The translations under genes were made by a program, and so were the position numbers. Below are positions 51,307 through 63,307 of a DNA stretch of 64,000 nt, one piece after another. Numbering within the stretch: the first letter of the stretch is position 1; every line of letters begins with the position of its first letter. The stretch comes from Spongospora subterranea f. sp. subterranea. Lineage: Eukaryota. The notes beneath the pieces are model-generated. The model ran no database searches. It was not told where the DNA came from and saw nothing but the letters and a program-made list of their open reading frames with translations. The stretch lies in assembly GCA_049724395.1 (NCBI GenBank), contig JAUGWO010000115.1:1-64000 (forward strand). The letters run 5' to 3'.

Positions 51307-52245
51307 CTCGATAGACGACGACCAATATCGATTGACCTCTGTGCTCTCTGAAGAAATGGGAATCCTTCTCCTTTTCCTGCTAGTCTTAAACCGAGAACCA
51401 CAGAAGAAACCAGCGACACCGCATTGGTTGAAACAACTCCAAAGGCTTTCTTAGGATTGTTGATTCGGGCGAATCCCATTTCTTCAGAGAGCACAGAAGT
51501 CAATCGATATTGGCCGTCGTCTATCGAGAGAATTGTCGTGCCCCGAATGTATGCCATTTTGCAGCTACACACTGTTAACGACTGTTCCATTGAACGAACT
51601 ACAGGATCGACAGTAAACGGGGCATCCCACGTACCACCATTCGCGCTGGACCGCTTCTTGTTCAAAGCTATCAAAACCTTTCTGAATGCTTCCTGATCCA
51701 ATGCAGCAGCCATCGGATACAGAAAAGCGTATTGACGTTTGAAAAACTTCGTCGGAGTCGTCCGGTACAACGAAACGTACACTAAAATCTTGATGAATTG
51801 AACAATTCGCTTCCAACCACTTTCTCGCCGTGAGGTAGTCCTTCCAAAACAACAGAAAATACAGCAGCGATGATCGATTCAAAAAACAATAAATACACCA
51901 CGTCGCTAAGGGCACTCAAGAAATAATTTCTTGAGTGCAGGCCAGCTCGGAGAGTTCAACATCACTAGTACAGGGATGGACGAAGTGCTGCTTTCAACTG
52001 CAATTCCTGAAATCAAGGCACTTTGTCGCAATGCGCGACAATTGCTGTGCAGACAATCGAATAATGATGTCACCCTTAGCGACGTGGTGTAATTATTATT
52101 TTTTGAATCGATCATCGCTGCTGTATTTTCTGTTGTTTTGGAAGGACTACCTCACGGCGAGAAAGTGGTTGGAAGCGAATTGTTCAATTCATCAAGATTT
52201 TAGTGTACGTTTCGTTGTACCGGACGACTCCGACGAAGTTTTTTT
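51307..52245 (-). mobile_element. piggyBac-like transposase remnant rearranged into fold-backs
   Basis: ILSIDD(G/D)QYR...NNPKKAFG resembles the first catalytic region of piggyBac-type enzymes; inverted arms 51307-51360/51475-51528 and 51742-51912/52073-52243. Confidence 0.5.
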
Positions 52246-52918
52246 CCGCTCGGTGTTTTTGTGGACAATCCCACTCTTCATCGCTGGAATGGCTCGCAAA
52301 AAATTCTTCGAGGGTCGCCATTGTGCCAAGAAATTCGCAGTGCAATATCGATAATGGATTGCCAACAGAAAAATGAATTAAACTGTACTTCAATCCGTCA
52401 ACAAAGACGTCCGTCACACTTTACCTTTGAGAAAACCCTCACAAAGCGCAGCTAGGCCACCAATGATTTTGTGGCGGAACCAACCCTGGTGGGCGCACTT
52501 TACATCCGGTCAAAAATGATCGTCAAATTTTTTTCAAGAAAAAATCCAATGGGTGGTGCAGAATTTGCTTTAGAAAACTGTATTTTTTGGGCCGTTAGCC
52601 GGCATAATATTCCGTCTAATATGTTTTATCAGAATTAGTAAACATTAAAAGAACAGTAATTCCGTACATTTCTAATACTCCCTCCGTTCGGAAATAAGAG
52701 TCCCACGCACATAACGAGTCCGGAAGTATTCCTTTTCTCAAAAGAGTTGCCTTTCCCATATGTGGGAGCTTGTAGTGGTTTCCTCCATTGATTTTCAAAT
52801 TTCTACCATGCATCGCTGAAGTGTCAAAAACGTACGCCCTCTGTTCGGAAATAAGAGTCCCATTTCAAGCAACTGCGTGGATTAAGGCCATTTTTAGCGC
52901 CATCCAGTTGATTGCAAC

Positions 52919-55900
52919 AGGAGGGGCGACATCCCTATCACGGACTCTGATCCCCCGCCGGTACGCCACCCACAATTTTTTCATGGACCAGGGTCCCTCC
53001 TAGGGTTTGGCTGACTCTACGGCCGACCGCCACGGGCTTCAAATGTTGCGGACCATAGTCCCTATAATATGGCGGAGGGTGTGAAGACCTGGAATGTTGA
53101 TGAGCATGCCATGCTGCTCAGCCAGGAAAATGTCGCCCTTGACCCGGATGGCCACTGGATTCGATGCAAACTCGATAATACACGGATTTTATGCAGGCAT
53201 CCGTTTACTGTTGGACGTCTCAACAAACACAATCGGTGGATTTTTAACCAATTATATTCTCAGAGTATTTTTCTGAGCGCAATGTTTTGTTATAACTGCG
53301 ATCCACATGCGGGCTGTAGAAGGCAGTCGGTCTTCAAGACTTAATTACCTCGTATTTCACAGCAGCGAGGAGTAGCGATGCTGTTCTAGAGGCAGATAAG
53401 GCTTTGGTGGTTAGCACTCCCTCTGCTGTGAAAAAGAAACGCACCTGCCTGGGCGGAATGCAGTCCCGTTTAGGTCTTGTCCGTTTATACGAAAAGTACG
53501 GTTGTGTTCAGTCTGATTGGGTTTTTCGCTCTTTCGCTGGCGTCATGCATGTTCACCATCTGAGCTGCGATGGGAAAAGTCTAAAAGGATCCCGGTTTGC
53601 GATAAGTGCAGCCTGCAAGGAGGCATTCGGTTCGCGTGTGAGTCGGAACCGATTTAAACGAATGGCCAAACTTGAAGCGGTCGAACTTGCAATTGACCGG
53701 CAGAAAAATATCGATCATTGAAGTTACAGCAGTGAAAAATTTCTTGCATTCATCCGAGAACACAGCAACTCCTGCCCGAAATTATCTGATGCTGTGCGCT
53801 AAACAATGGCTTGCTTATGTCAGTTCCGTTAAGGGATTGAAAGATCGTTTGGGTTCTGCAAATACGACTTTGGGAGAAGGACAGGAGGTCATCGGTGTAA
53901 ATGAATTTATGGATAAGTTCGCTCATCTATATTCGACGAACACTGAGATTCGTGAATCGCTGCTAATGTGCATGCTCCGATCAATGGTTCCCGGTCAAAT
54001 GGCCAGATGAACGCCCCACTTGAATCGGTGTTGATGGACTTCTATCTGATGCTTGCATCTTATGGAAGGAAAGTATTTAAACTCATCGCGACGAACTTGC
54101 CAGGACCATCTTGGCGTCATATACAACGGATTTCGGCGGCTGCTGTTAGTAAGTGGTTTTGTCCAACGCCATGAATGCGTTCCGGTTTTGATTTGTAATC
54201 TTATAGACTTCTGTGTCCTCAACACAGAGGCCGACAATATTTACAGACGTATCACCCGTTACGTGGAGGGATTACGGTCGAAAACGACATCTTCGGTCTT
54301 TCATGTATCTTTATCATTCGACGCCACAGTAACTGTCCCGGCTTTGCTGTCGTCGCCAAAATATGGAAGCAATGTTGGTCGAATCTATCCAAATCATCTA
54401 ATTCCTCTGTCAAGCACATCGTTTGCCAGTATAACCGCCGAAGGCTCCAATGCGTTTAACGATTTGTCTTCTGAATTACAGGTACCCTCGAAGGTTGTCG
54501 CGAATTCGATTGTAAGTTGATGCCGCCGCATCAGGTTGCCGTTCTTTCTGTACAGAAACCCCGGAAGGCATCTCACCGATGTTTATCGTAGCTGCTCGGC
54601 CACTGAAACGAGCGATTTCGATAGGCTCAAATGGAATCGCATTAAGAAATTCGAACAAGGTGGAAATCATTGTATGGGCATTAAAACCAGTTTGGACAGG
54701 GTCTCGAGCAAATTGCTGGTTCGAGCATGTATCCAAACAAAGCTCTGGAAAATCAAAATTAGAGTAATCATCAGGCTTGGAAAGCGACCAAGTGTGAGGA
54801 TAAAAATAGATATGACGGCAGCATCCGTATCTGGAATGTTCAGTTCTACTGTAACTTGTTCCTCCAAACAACCGGAGGGCGTCATCGTTGGCGTTTCGTT
54901 GTTTTCTTTTTCGGACTTCAAATACCTCGTTGGGAATATTCTGAACAACGAAACGCCAACGATGACGCCCTCCGGTTGTTTGGAGGAACAAGTTCCAGCT
55001 GAACTGAACTTTCCAGATACGGATGCTGCCGTCATATCTATTTTATCCTCACACCTAGCTTGGTCGCTTTCCAAACCTGATGATTACTCTAATTTTGATT
55101 TTCCAGAGCCTTGTTTGGATACATGCTCGAACCAGCAATTTGCTCGAGACCCTGTCCAAACTGGTTTTAATGCCCATACAATGATTTCCACCTTGTTCGA
55201 ATTTCTTAATGCGATTCCATCTGAGCCTATCGAAATCGCTCGTTGTGCAATCGCATGCCTCCCGGATCGTTCGATTTCACTGTCTCGCAATCTTCAGCAA
55301 CATCGGTCTCTGCAAGGCCGTTGGTATCACAGAGAACAGCGCTTAAGGACGCCAGGCGCAGATGATATAATCAGAGGCAGAATCTTTTATCATAACAGTT
55401 TCCATTGGATGGTGTTAGGAGTATACATGAAAGGTTATGGTAAATTCAGGCTGGTCAAATCAATTGGTTCCGAGATGCCGATAAAAGACGTCCGAGTACA
55501 TGCAATTTGGGGTCGACAATCAGCAATGGGTGGTGCTTTCGCCATTTGTTTTCCGGACATGACCGATACCGCTACAGTAGTTGACCGATACCTGAACGTC
55601 TTTGCCAAAGACGTTCACAAATGGATCAATTGCACATCACAACATGGAGTTTAAATAAACCGCTTGTTTTGCTTGAAAATTCAGAAGTTTTTGCAATTTT
55701 GAAAAAGTCGCGAAGACCTCCGTTTTTTTTTAAACAAAACACAATAAAACCGAATAAAACTATGATTTTATTACCAAATTGTCCCTGATCCAAACCGGTC
55801 GCCATTTGAATCATTTTTGGTGGACCAGGGTCCTGTTAAGGTGGCGGGGCCTCTCGCCGCCCGCCATGCTGTCAGATTTCGAGGACCTCAGTCCCGAATA

Positions 55901-55927
55901 TATGGCGCTACTCATGTCGCCCCTCCT
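52919..55927 (+). mobile_element. DNA transposon with 14-bp TIRs and 8-bp TSD, P-element-like, nested in the mariner
   Basis: attgcaac|aggaggggcgacat ... atgtcgcccctcct|attgcaac; FYLMLASYGRKVFKLIATNLPGPSWRHIQR and SLSFDAT resemble P-type HTH and first-D motifs. Boundaries are firm; the superfamily is not. Confidence 0.8.
54607..55244. repeat. About 300-bp inverted repeat (54607-54903 and 54944-55244) with a 40-nt spacer
   Basis: Reverse-complement arms with few substitutions and indels. Confidence 0.96.
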
Positions 55928-56199
55928 ATTGCAACATGCATTGGAATATCAAGCATAGGTGCAGTCTTTGTCCAATCTTGAAGCGCCAGCAATAAATACT
56001 TGCCTTAAAACCGCCGAGGTAAAAGTTGGGTATTCGTCCGAAACTTCCAACGGCACCGCTGCTTTCACATAGCCGAGTTTTCTTGTAAAAACATGTCTGC
56101 ACCAGGAGTAGGTCCGAATTTGCCCTGTGAAAACATCAAGTCGCTGAGAAGTACGTTAATTTGATTTCAAATCCGTCTTTGGCCGCGTCCACGTTAAAT

Positions 56200-57226
56200 T
56201 ATGCATCAGATGGATCGAGGTGAGGTTTTGGTTGTCCTGTTGCAAAAAGATCGGCTGCGATCAGTCCCGGGGCCATTTCGAACGAATTGCAGGCATAATG
56301 TCATGAATCAAATGTCTTCGGATCACATCCTTGTTAACTGATTCAATGGGTTTAGTCACCATAGTGCCTGCAGGACGATTCTTGCTGCTCCTTTTGGCAG
56401 GCTCCTTGAAAACAAATGGGAAAATGCCTATTTTCCCAGAAAACCATCGGTTCCGCGACCGGTCCCATTTTGGTCTTGCAACTGCTGCCATAAACATTAT
56501 CTTCTCTATAAACCGCTTACTTTTACACGTGCGGTAAGGCTCAGTCTCATCGGATGCTAAGTAAATTCGCTTGTTTGTTTCTGTCATGAAAAACCACTTC
56601 TCGTCAATGTGTATCACATTCATCATGTCATGGAAGACTGGTTCTGCGGCTTCATATATGTTCACCATCGAGATACAGAATCTGAGTCTTTCAAGCTTAT
56701 TAGCTTCAGTTAAATATGGTTTCAAAGCGTTCGAATGAGGTTTAAGAATGCCTTGTTGAATCCGATTATGAACAGTAGAGACTGATACATTCAGAGCGCA
56801 AGCGATTGATCGAATATTTGTTCGCTTCTGCAATGGAATTTGTTTTACTTGCTCCGGCGTGATGACCGTTTTCTTCCTTCCAACACGGCCTCGTTTTTTG
56901 GATGAAACATCTGCTGGGCCTGTTCCAAGGATAGAAGACTTTTTGCCTTGATTCCAGATTCGACTGACAGTTTTTCTGGCAACAGAAAATTGGCGACTTG
57001 CCAACAAGATTGAACCGCGAGCAAGTTTTCCTGCGACACTCACTTTCAAAAGATATTCATAAATGACACGTCTTTGACTATCTGTAACGTTTGATTTCCC
57101 TTTTCTGTGTGCGAAATCTGCATCAACGATTTGATTTTCGAAAACTTGTTGCTCTCCATCTATGGTACTTCTCAGCGACTTGATGTTTTCACAGGGCAAA
57201 TTCGGACCTACTCCTGGTGCAGACAT
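56200..57226 (-). pseudogene. Mariner transposase, truncated
   Basis: HTH region, IHIDEKWF, KIMFMAAVARP, GKIGIFPF, SKNRPAGT; stop at 56261 then IFLQQDN; third-D region not found. Confidence 0.92.
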
Positions 57227-57735
57227 GCTTTTACAAGAAAACTCGGCTATGTGAAAGCAGCGGTGCCGTTGGAAGTTTCGGACGAATACCCAACTTTTAC
57301 CTCGGCGGTTTTAAGGCAAGTATTTATTGCTGGCGCTTCAAGATTGGATAAGACTGCACCTATGCTTAATATTCCAATGCATGTTGAAATCAACTGGATG
57401 GCGCTAAAAATGGCCTTAATCCACGCAGTTGTTTGAAATGGGACTCTTATTTCCGAACAGAGGGAGTAGTAAATAAAGTAAATTTACATGTGTTTTAACG
57501 TTTATTAGAATTTTTGTATTTTTACGGGTCAAAACGCACAAAGTGCAAATCTCTGTGCCGGCTATGGGGATCAGGGCTATTCTCGTACTGTACTTTAACT
57601 GGCCATCCACGCACTTTTTGAAATGGCCAGTTAAAGTGGCCAGTCTTTTATAGCCCCCCGTGTATCCAACTCTAAGGACCACAGCTGTATCCCGTAAATC
57701 ACGCCACATTTTCCCATCATCGCATTGAAAGATCA

Positions 57736-59622
57736 ATGGAGTTGGTGTTGCCGAAACCGGATGACATGCATCTCCATGTGCGAGATGGCAGTGCTTTGAA
57801 TGTCACGATTCCGACCGCCATTCGCCAATGCGGGCGAGCTATTATTATGCCGAACCTGCAGGAGCCTGTCACAACCACTGCACTCGCTCTCGCTTATCGC
57901 CAGCGTATCCTCCAGCACGTCGGACCTGATTGCTCATTGACTCCATTGATGACCCTGTATCTCACTGACAGCACTTCTATTGCTGAGATTAGAACCGCCG
58001 CATCATCTGGCTTAGTTTTCGCCTGTTCGTTCCCCTGCGTTCATTGCTCTTACATTGTGATCCCCTGACAGTTTGATTTATAATTTAAAAATGGCAGCTG
58101 TTTTTTTACGCCCAGATTTGAACTGTGATTTGTCTTACTCGGCCGCTCGCGTAGCCAAGTTTATAATAATTAACATCTTACTTTGTATTACACCGTCCAG
58201 TATGTTACCTCTATGTTCTTACAACCTGATTTGTGATTGAACAATGGAATTGAATTTATAATAACTTTGGCCTAGGTAAGTTGTATCCATGCGGTGCCAC
58301 GACAAACAGTCATAACGGCGTTACCGATATTGTCGCCATGTACCCTTTGTTTCGTGTCATGGCCGAATGCAACCTGCCGCTCCTGGTCCACTGTGAGGTC
58401 ACCGATCCGCAAATCGACATTTTCGACCGAGAGCGCGTTTTCATACAAAGGTGGATTTACAACGTTCCGTTTTTTCTCTTTCGCCTTTTCTCTCGATAAT
58501 GTTGCTCTGGAGTCGCTCTTTGGCTCTTTCTCTTCTGCTTAACTCCTCATATGACCCTAATTGAAGTTTGCCTTGTGAACCAGCAATGATTGCCATATTT
58601 CAAGCTGTCGTTGTTGAACAATATTACATGGCGCATTGTTTTCATGGTAGCGTCGACAATGTTGATTGACTAGGTCAGGCACCTTGTCGGAATAATTGAT
58701 AGTATTCCGTCGCTGAAGGTCGTCGCCGAGCACATCACCACCGCATTTGGTGTAGAATTCGTGCACAGCGCTCGGTCAGGTGTCGCCGCTACAATCACAC
58801 CACATCATCTGCTTGAAAACCGCAATGCCCTCTTCCATGGCGGTCTTCGCCCTCATTACTATTGTCTCCCAGTGCTTAAAACCGAATCTGACCGTCTGGC
58901 GCTGCTCGCGGCTGCAACAAGCGGCTCTCCACGATTCTTTTTAGGGTCGGACAGTGCACCCCATTCCCGTTCAGCTAAGGTTAGTGCTTATCACCACATC
59001 CGTAACAAGTCTGTGTACTTGTATCAACCTCCATTATATCTTTGTGCTTAGCTTAAAGTGGTTCTATCATTGTTTTTTTCGAAAGAAACCCAATTACACT
59101 ATACCACCGTAATTTCGTTGAGCTGACTCAATGCATTCACGCTTGCAACATCCATCGACAATATTTTGCAAATTGACAGCAGATTTTGATTGGGCAAGTT
59201 CTTTTTTAATCGATGTGTAACGTAGGAGTCAGATTGTGGATGCGCTGGATGTTTTGTCGGGTTTGCCTGTATCGAACTGTACGCTGAGGCATTCGATTCA
59301 GTCGGAAAGCTCCACATGCTAAAAGATTTCGCATGCGTAACATTGTTTCATTGGTGTTGAATTTCATTTTTTGCTTAGCTTTTTTCGAAAGACCCATTGG
59401 GCTTGCCCATCATTTCTTGTCATCTTTATTTCGGGATTCTCGCTGACTTGAAATTTGCAGACGTTTGGGGCACAGTTTTATGGCCTATCACCAAGTGATG
59501 AACAAGATACGATCATATTGCGGAAAAGGGCTTGGACGGTGCCAAAACAAATTCCCTATATTCAGGATGAATATGTTATACCGTTCAAAAGCGGCCAAAC
59601 CCTTCAATGGTCTCTCTCATAA
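57736..59622 (+). CDS. pyrC: Monofunctional dihydroorotase (E. coli PyrC / yeast Ura4 type), spliced
   Basis: [83 protein letters not shown]. Confidence 0.95.
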
Positions 59623-60269
59623 CTTCACTGACGTATATTTCAAAATTCTCATCCGCATTCTCTCCATTCTTTATTTCCTGGCATCGGTTTTTTTATAAAC
59701 CACTATAGCTACTTCTCCTTCTCGTTGGTTGGAATTACTGATCACCATTATCTGTACAACAATAGCGTTAATCCCAACGTTATTCTCCGCATTGATGTTT
59801 ATGATCCAACCCTGAGTTTCCCGTTTCGCTTGTCAATCTAATCTGCATATCGTACTCCTGTTTTGCATATCGCAGAAGCAATGGCATTGCAGTTTCAGTT
59901 TCGTACAATATCCAATTTCAAAATCTACATTGCCTTTGAATACCATTACTTTCATCCTGACTCGGGCGTCCATGAGGTGGCACGAAATACGATCGATGCT
60001 TGTAAAGATGATAGTGTGTCTGCAAAGATCTCACAGTACTTGTCATCTTTGATTGCCGCCAGTTTGCGTGGCCAACATTTTATTGTTAGAACGTGCAATT
60101 AAGTTCAAATCATATGAAGGAGTATGAAATATGCTCAAAACACGTATCTTCCCTACCCTTTGTTTGAATCGAACACAGTAGAATCTCGTATCAGTATTCA
60201 ATGCTCCTATAACTGATCGATATGGTGTCCACCGATGGCGCTATATTGCTTATACAGTAGCATCCCTTA

Positions 60270-60620
60270 TTCCCTCCGTTCCAAAATATCTGGTCGATTC
60301 GGGCTTTTTATTCAGCCATCTGATCAAGGTCAATTTTCAAAAATATCGAATTCAATTTAGACGAACCGTAAACGTTCATTTTCTTCATATGTTGTGTATT
60401 TTGAAGCACAACTCTATATTGTTCACTGTTCTAACTTCGCTCAAAGATGACGTCTTGAATCTCTGAATGAGGAAATATACCTTATAATGGGCCCGGTTAT
60501 TAACACACTGCTTTGTTCATGTCATGAGAAAAGCTTCTAAATCATTTTCAACAGAGGCTTGCACGAATATAAGAACCGGGCTCGTGCTGGACAGGTTGGT
60601 ATGATATACCAGGTTGGTCC
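60270..60620 (+). mobile_element. Second decayed mariner remnant with a Stowaway-like end
   Basis: TA-ttccctccgttccaaaata at 60268-60288; 60326-60600 resembles 18474-18750. Confidence 0.65.
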
Positions 60621-62296
60621 TGATCTTGTATACGAACTTGACGAGTGAGGCTCGTTCACAAGAAGGTCAAAGGTATGTTTGGGAGCGTTGATGTAGGCTT
60701 CGGTTGAAACCTCAAAATGTTTCTCATTCAATTCAGAGCATTCAGCCTGATCCTCAGTAGCTTCAGAAAACAATTCGGCGAGCTCTTGATCAGTAAACTG
60801 ATTGTACATCGGATTTCAGGACCTGCCATCTCTTCCATTGACAAAGCCGAAGAGATGTTTAGCTTCGGCGAAATGGATAAGAGGAGCTCATTGACCTCTT
60901 TATTATCTGATGAAGCCTATAATGTTAGTACAGTTTTGGCTGTGGCGATAAGCGGTAGCATGCCATGGGCGATGATCAATTTGCCCACTAAACCTAATTG
61001 GAAATAAGACTTGGCCAAAAAGAGACTTGGCCAAGGTTTTTCAGCCTCTTTAGTCTTCCGCATTAGTACTTCAATGCCGCCCCCGTTGTGGCTCAATCCT
61101 TTCTCGACCCTGGTTACAAACTCTCGCTTTTTATTGATCTCAACAAAAACAAAACACGTAATAATATTCGTTGAATATTGTTTATCTGATGAGATATATC
61201 TTAGTGCATAGTTCAAAGGCTCTCTGGTTACGGCAGCTTTGCACTGTTTGTAAAACGTTTTCTGCCAACCACACAACAAAGCAAATTGAAGCATGAGGCT
61301 GCAAACACCAAAACTGCGAGAAACGAGAAAAGGATTGAGACATAGGAGGGCGACATTAAAGAACTATGCGGAAGACTTGAAAGAATGGAAAGCCAGTAGT
61401 CAAGTCTTCTTTCCAACGAGATCCGATGGGCGGATTGATGATCGCCCTGGCAGGCTCTTACTAAGGAACACTTTATCGCCACACCTGAAGAGTGAACCTA
61501 CCGCCGACCGGTGAGATGGCGGACAACGCAACAGGAGCCAACTCCATTTATGAGGAAGATGGAGATTTACGATTCGAGTATGATCCTACAGGATCCGACA
61601 ATGGTGAAGCTGCCTGCACAATTATGCGGCAATTGGCAACCGGGCCCGAAATATGGCGCCTTTCAGAGTTGCAGCAAGCTTTGTTGGTCCAACTGGAAGC
61701 ATCGAACGAGGTGTCGTTTGTTAGGAACGCCGATAAGCTCAGCCTGATTGTAATATCCCTTGAGCACTCGCTAAGTATTGTGTGACAAAAATAAGTTTCT
61801 CGTCAATACCATTAGGATATTCCTTTTTTGCGTGCATCACCCTTGCGTTGGCTGCAATCATCCCAAATTTCGGTCATGTATTCGCATCGCTAACATTGTC
61901 GTGCTTACCGACCCGAGCCACCCATTGAGGCCCTTTTCAAAGGTCTAAGTTCACCACGAAAATCATTCTGGAATCCGCTTGACGAATTGTTGTCATTTAG
62001 TAATCGCCACCACAAAAATGCATTGCTCATATACAGTTGTGGAGAATTCAGTTGGGGATTTCGGATCGGTATGCTTCATGGCTCACGAGTCCAATTGCAC
62101 AATGGCGCCGGTCCCTTTTTATATCAATGGCAGTTTATCGCAGCCAATATTTGAATTCGTTGCATCATCGGTGCAGTCGTTGGCGGTCATCGTCGCGGCA
62201 GGCGCCATGCCCGGAGACGGCTGAGCTCCTGGCATCTGGAGCGATACGAGACTTGAGCCCTCATTTTATCATGAACTTCCAGTTCATCATCACCGA

Positions 62297-63307
62297 GTGG
62301 ATGCCACTCAGGAGGTATCAACATTCGTCCCTTCAAAGCTCCACATTTCGTTTACCAATCCAACAGATGCGCTCGCTGATCAACGCCATCGCTATCCTGA
62401 ATCGTGCACACCTTGCCGGTATGGTTTGCGAGACAGCATCACTCATCATCATGCGACGATGTCTGGACGTACCGGTTACGTGTTTGACCCGAACCGCTTG
62501 CCTCAAGAGGCGGACGGGGAGGGTCCTCGTCTCCAATTTCCTACGATTGAGACCCCAGAGATGGCTTTAATGTCAAATCAGATGAATTTCTTTCTTGGAT
62601 CAATCACCCCTGTTTTCGAAGGAAACAGTCAAGCATAGTACTGGATTATGGGGACACCCAGCCCTCAAGCGCTCCCCAAATCGATCTCGTTATCGACACC
62701 ACGTTTCGGCTGGTCTCCAAACCTTTCAACATCTGTTCATAATTATGGCGGATAAGGACCTGTATGTGCCCGTTTTTACATTCTTACGACGGGCAAAACA
62801 AAGTTTTGATATTACAATCTTTGGGTCATATGAAACTGCGTTGTGGGAAAGGCAATATCTCCTGGGAGTGTCTGTTGTAATTATGAGGCTGCCTCGATTG
62901 GGGCAGTTAAAGGTTCAAACAAGTCGAATGTTTCTTTATTTCTATAACAAAATTTGTTTTCAAACACATTCCTGGCATCGCCTTCAATTACAGGCTGTGG
63001 TTTCCACTGGAAGCAGGTGAACCGCCGCAAGCTTGTAGAACTCCGAATGCATATTTCTCTGATCAACGTGTTGATGATCTCGGGAAACCTGGACGTGGTA
63101 TCGCTAATTCCTCATTGTGAAATCATGGAGCAGGGGTTTGACTATATCTCCTCTCTCCACGAACCGATTCCTGCATTCACACATGGTTCTAGTGAAGGGA
63201 AGAATCCCAAGCGGTTCATTAGCTTTTTAAACGAATGTGGATTGAAACAATACACCCCAAAACTGGAACATCGGTCGGCAGATTGCGTCCAGAGAGTGTA
63301 TCACTAA
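62297..63307 (+). pseudogene. MULE transposase pseudogene, catalytic region
   Basis: WGHPALK, DTTFR..SKPF, DLYVPVF, DYEAA, ITGCGFHWKQ..RRKL; several frameshifts. Confidence 0.75.

Larger units (their letters stand above)
52678..57466 (-). mobile_element. Plant-type (DD39D, Stowaway-like TIR) mariner, rearranged, TA-flanked
   Basis: TA|ctccctccgttcggaaataagagtccc ... gggactcttatttccgaacagagggag|TA; transposase 56261-57226; C-terminal GGNHYKLPHMGK piece at 52705-52813; extra inverted 5' end from 52836. Confidence 0.93.

Noticed and set aside
54536..55654. 372-aa ORF as a real gene
   Set aside because: Its first third is the antisense arm of the hairpin; only the part after about 54910 looks coding.
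60537..61785. Short ORFs as host genes
   Set aside because: No recognisable family; fragmented and lying between TE remnants.
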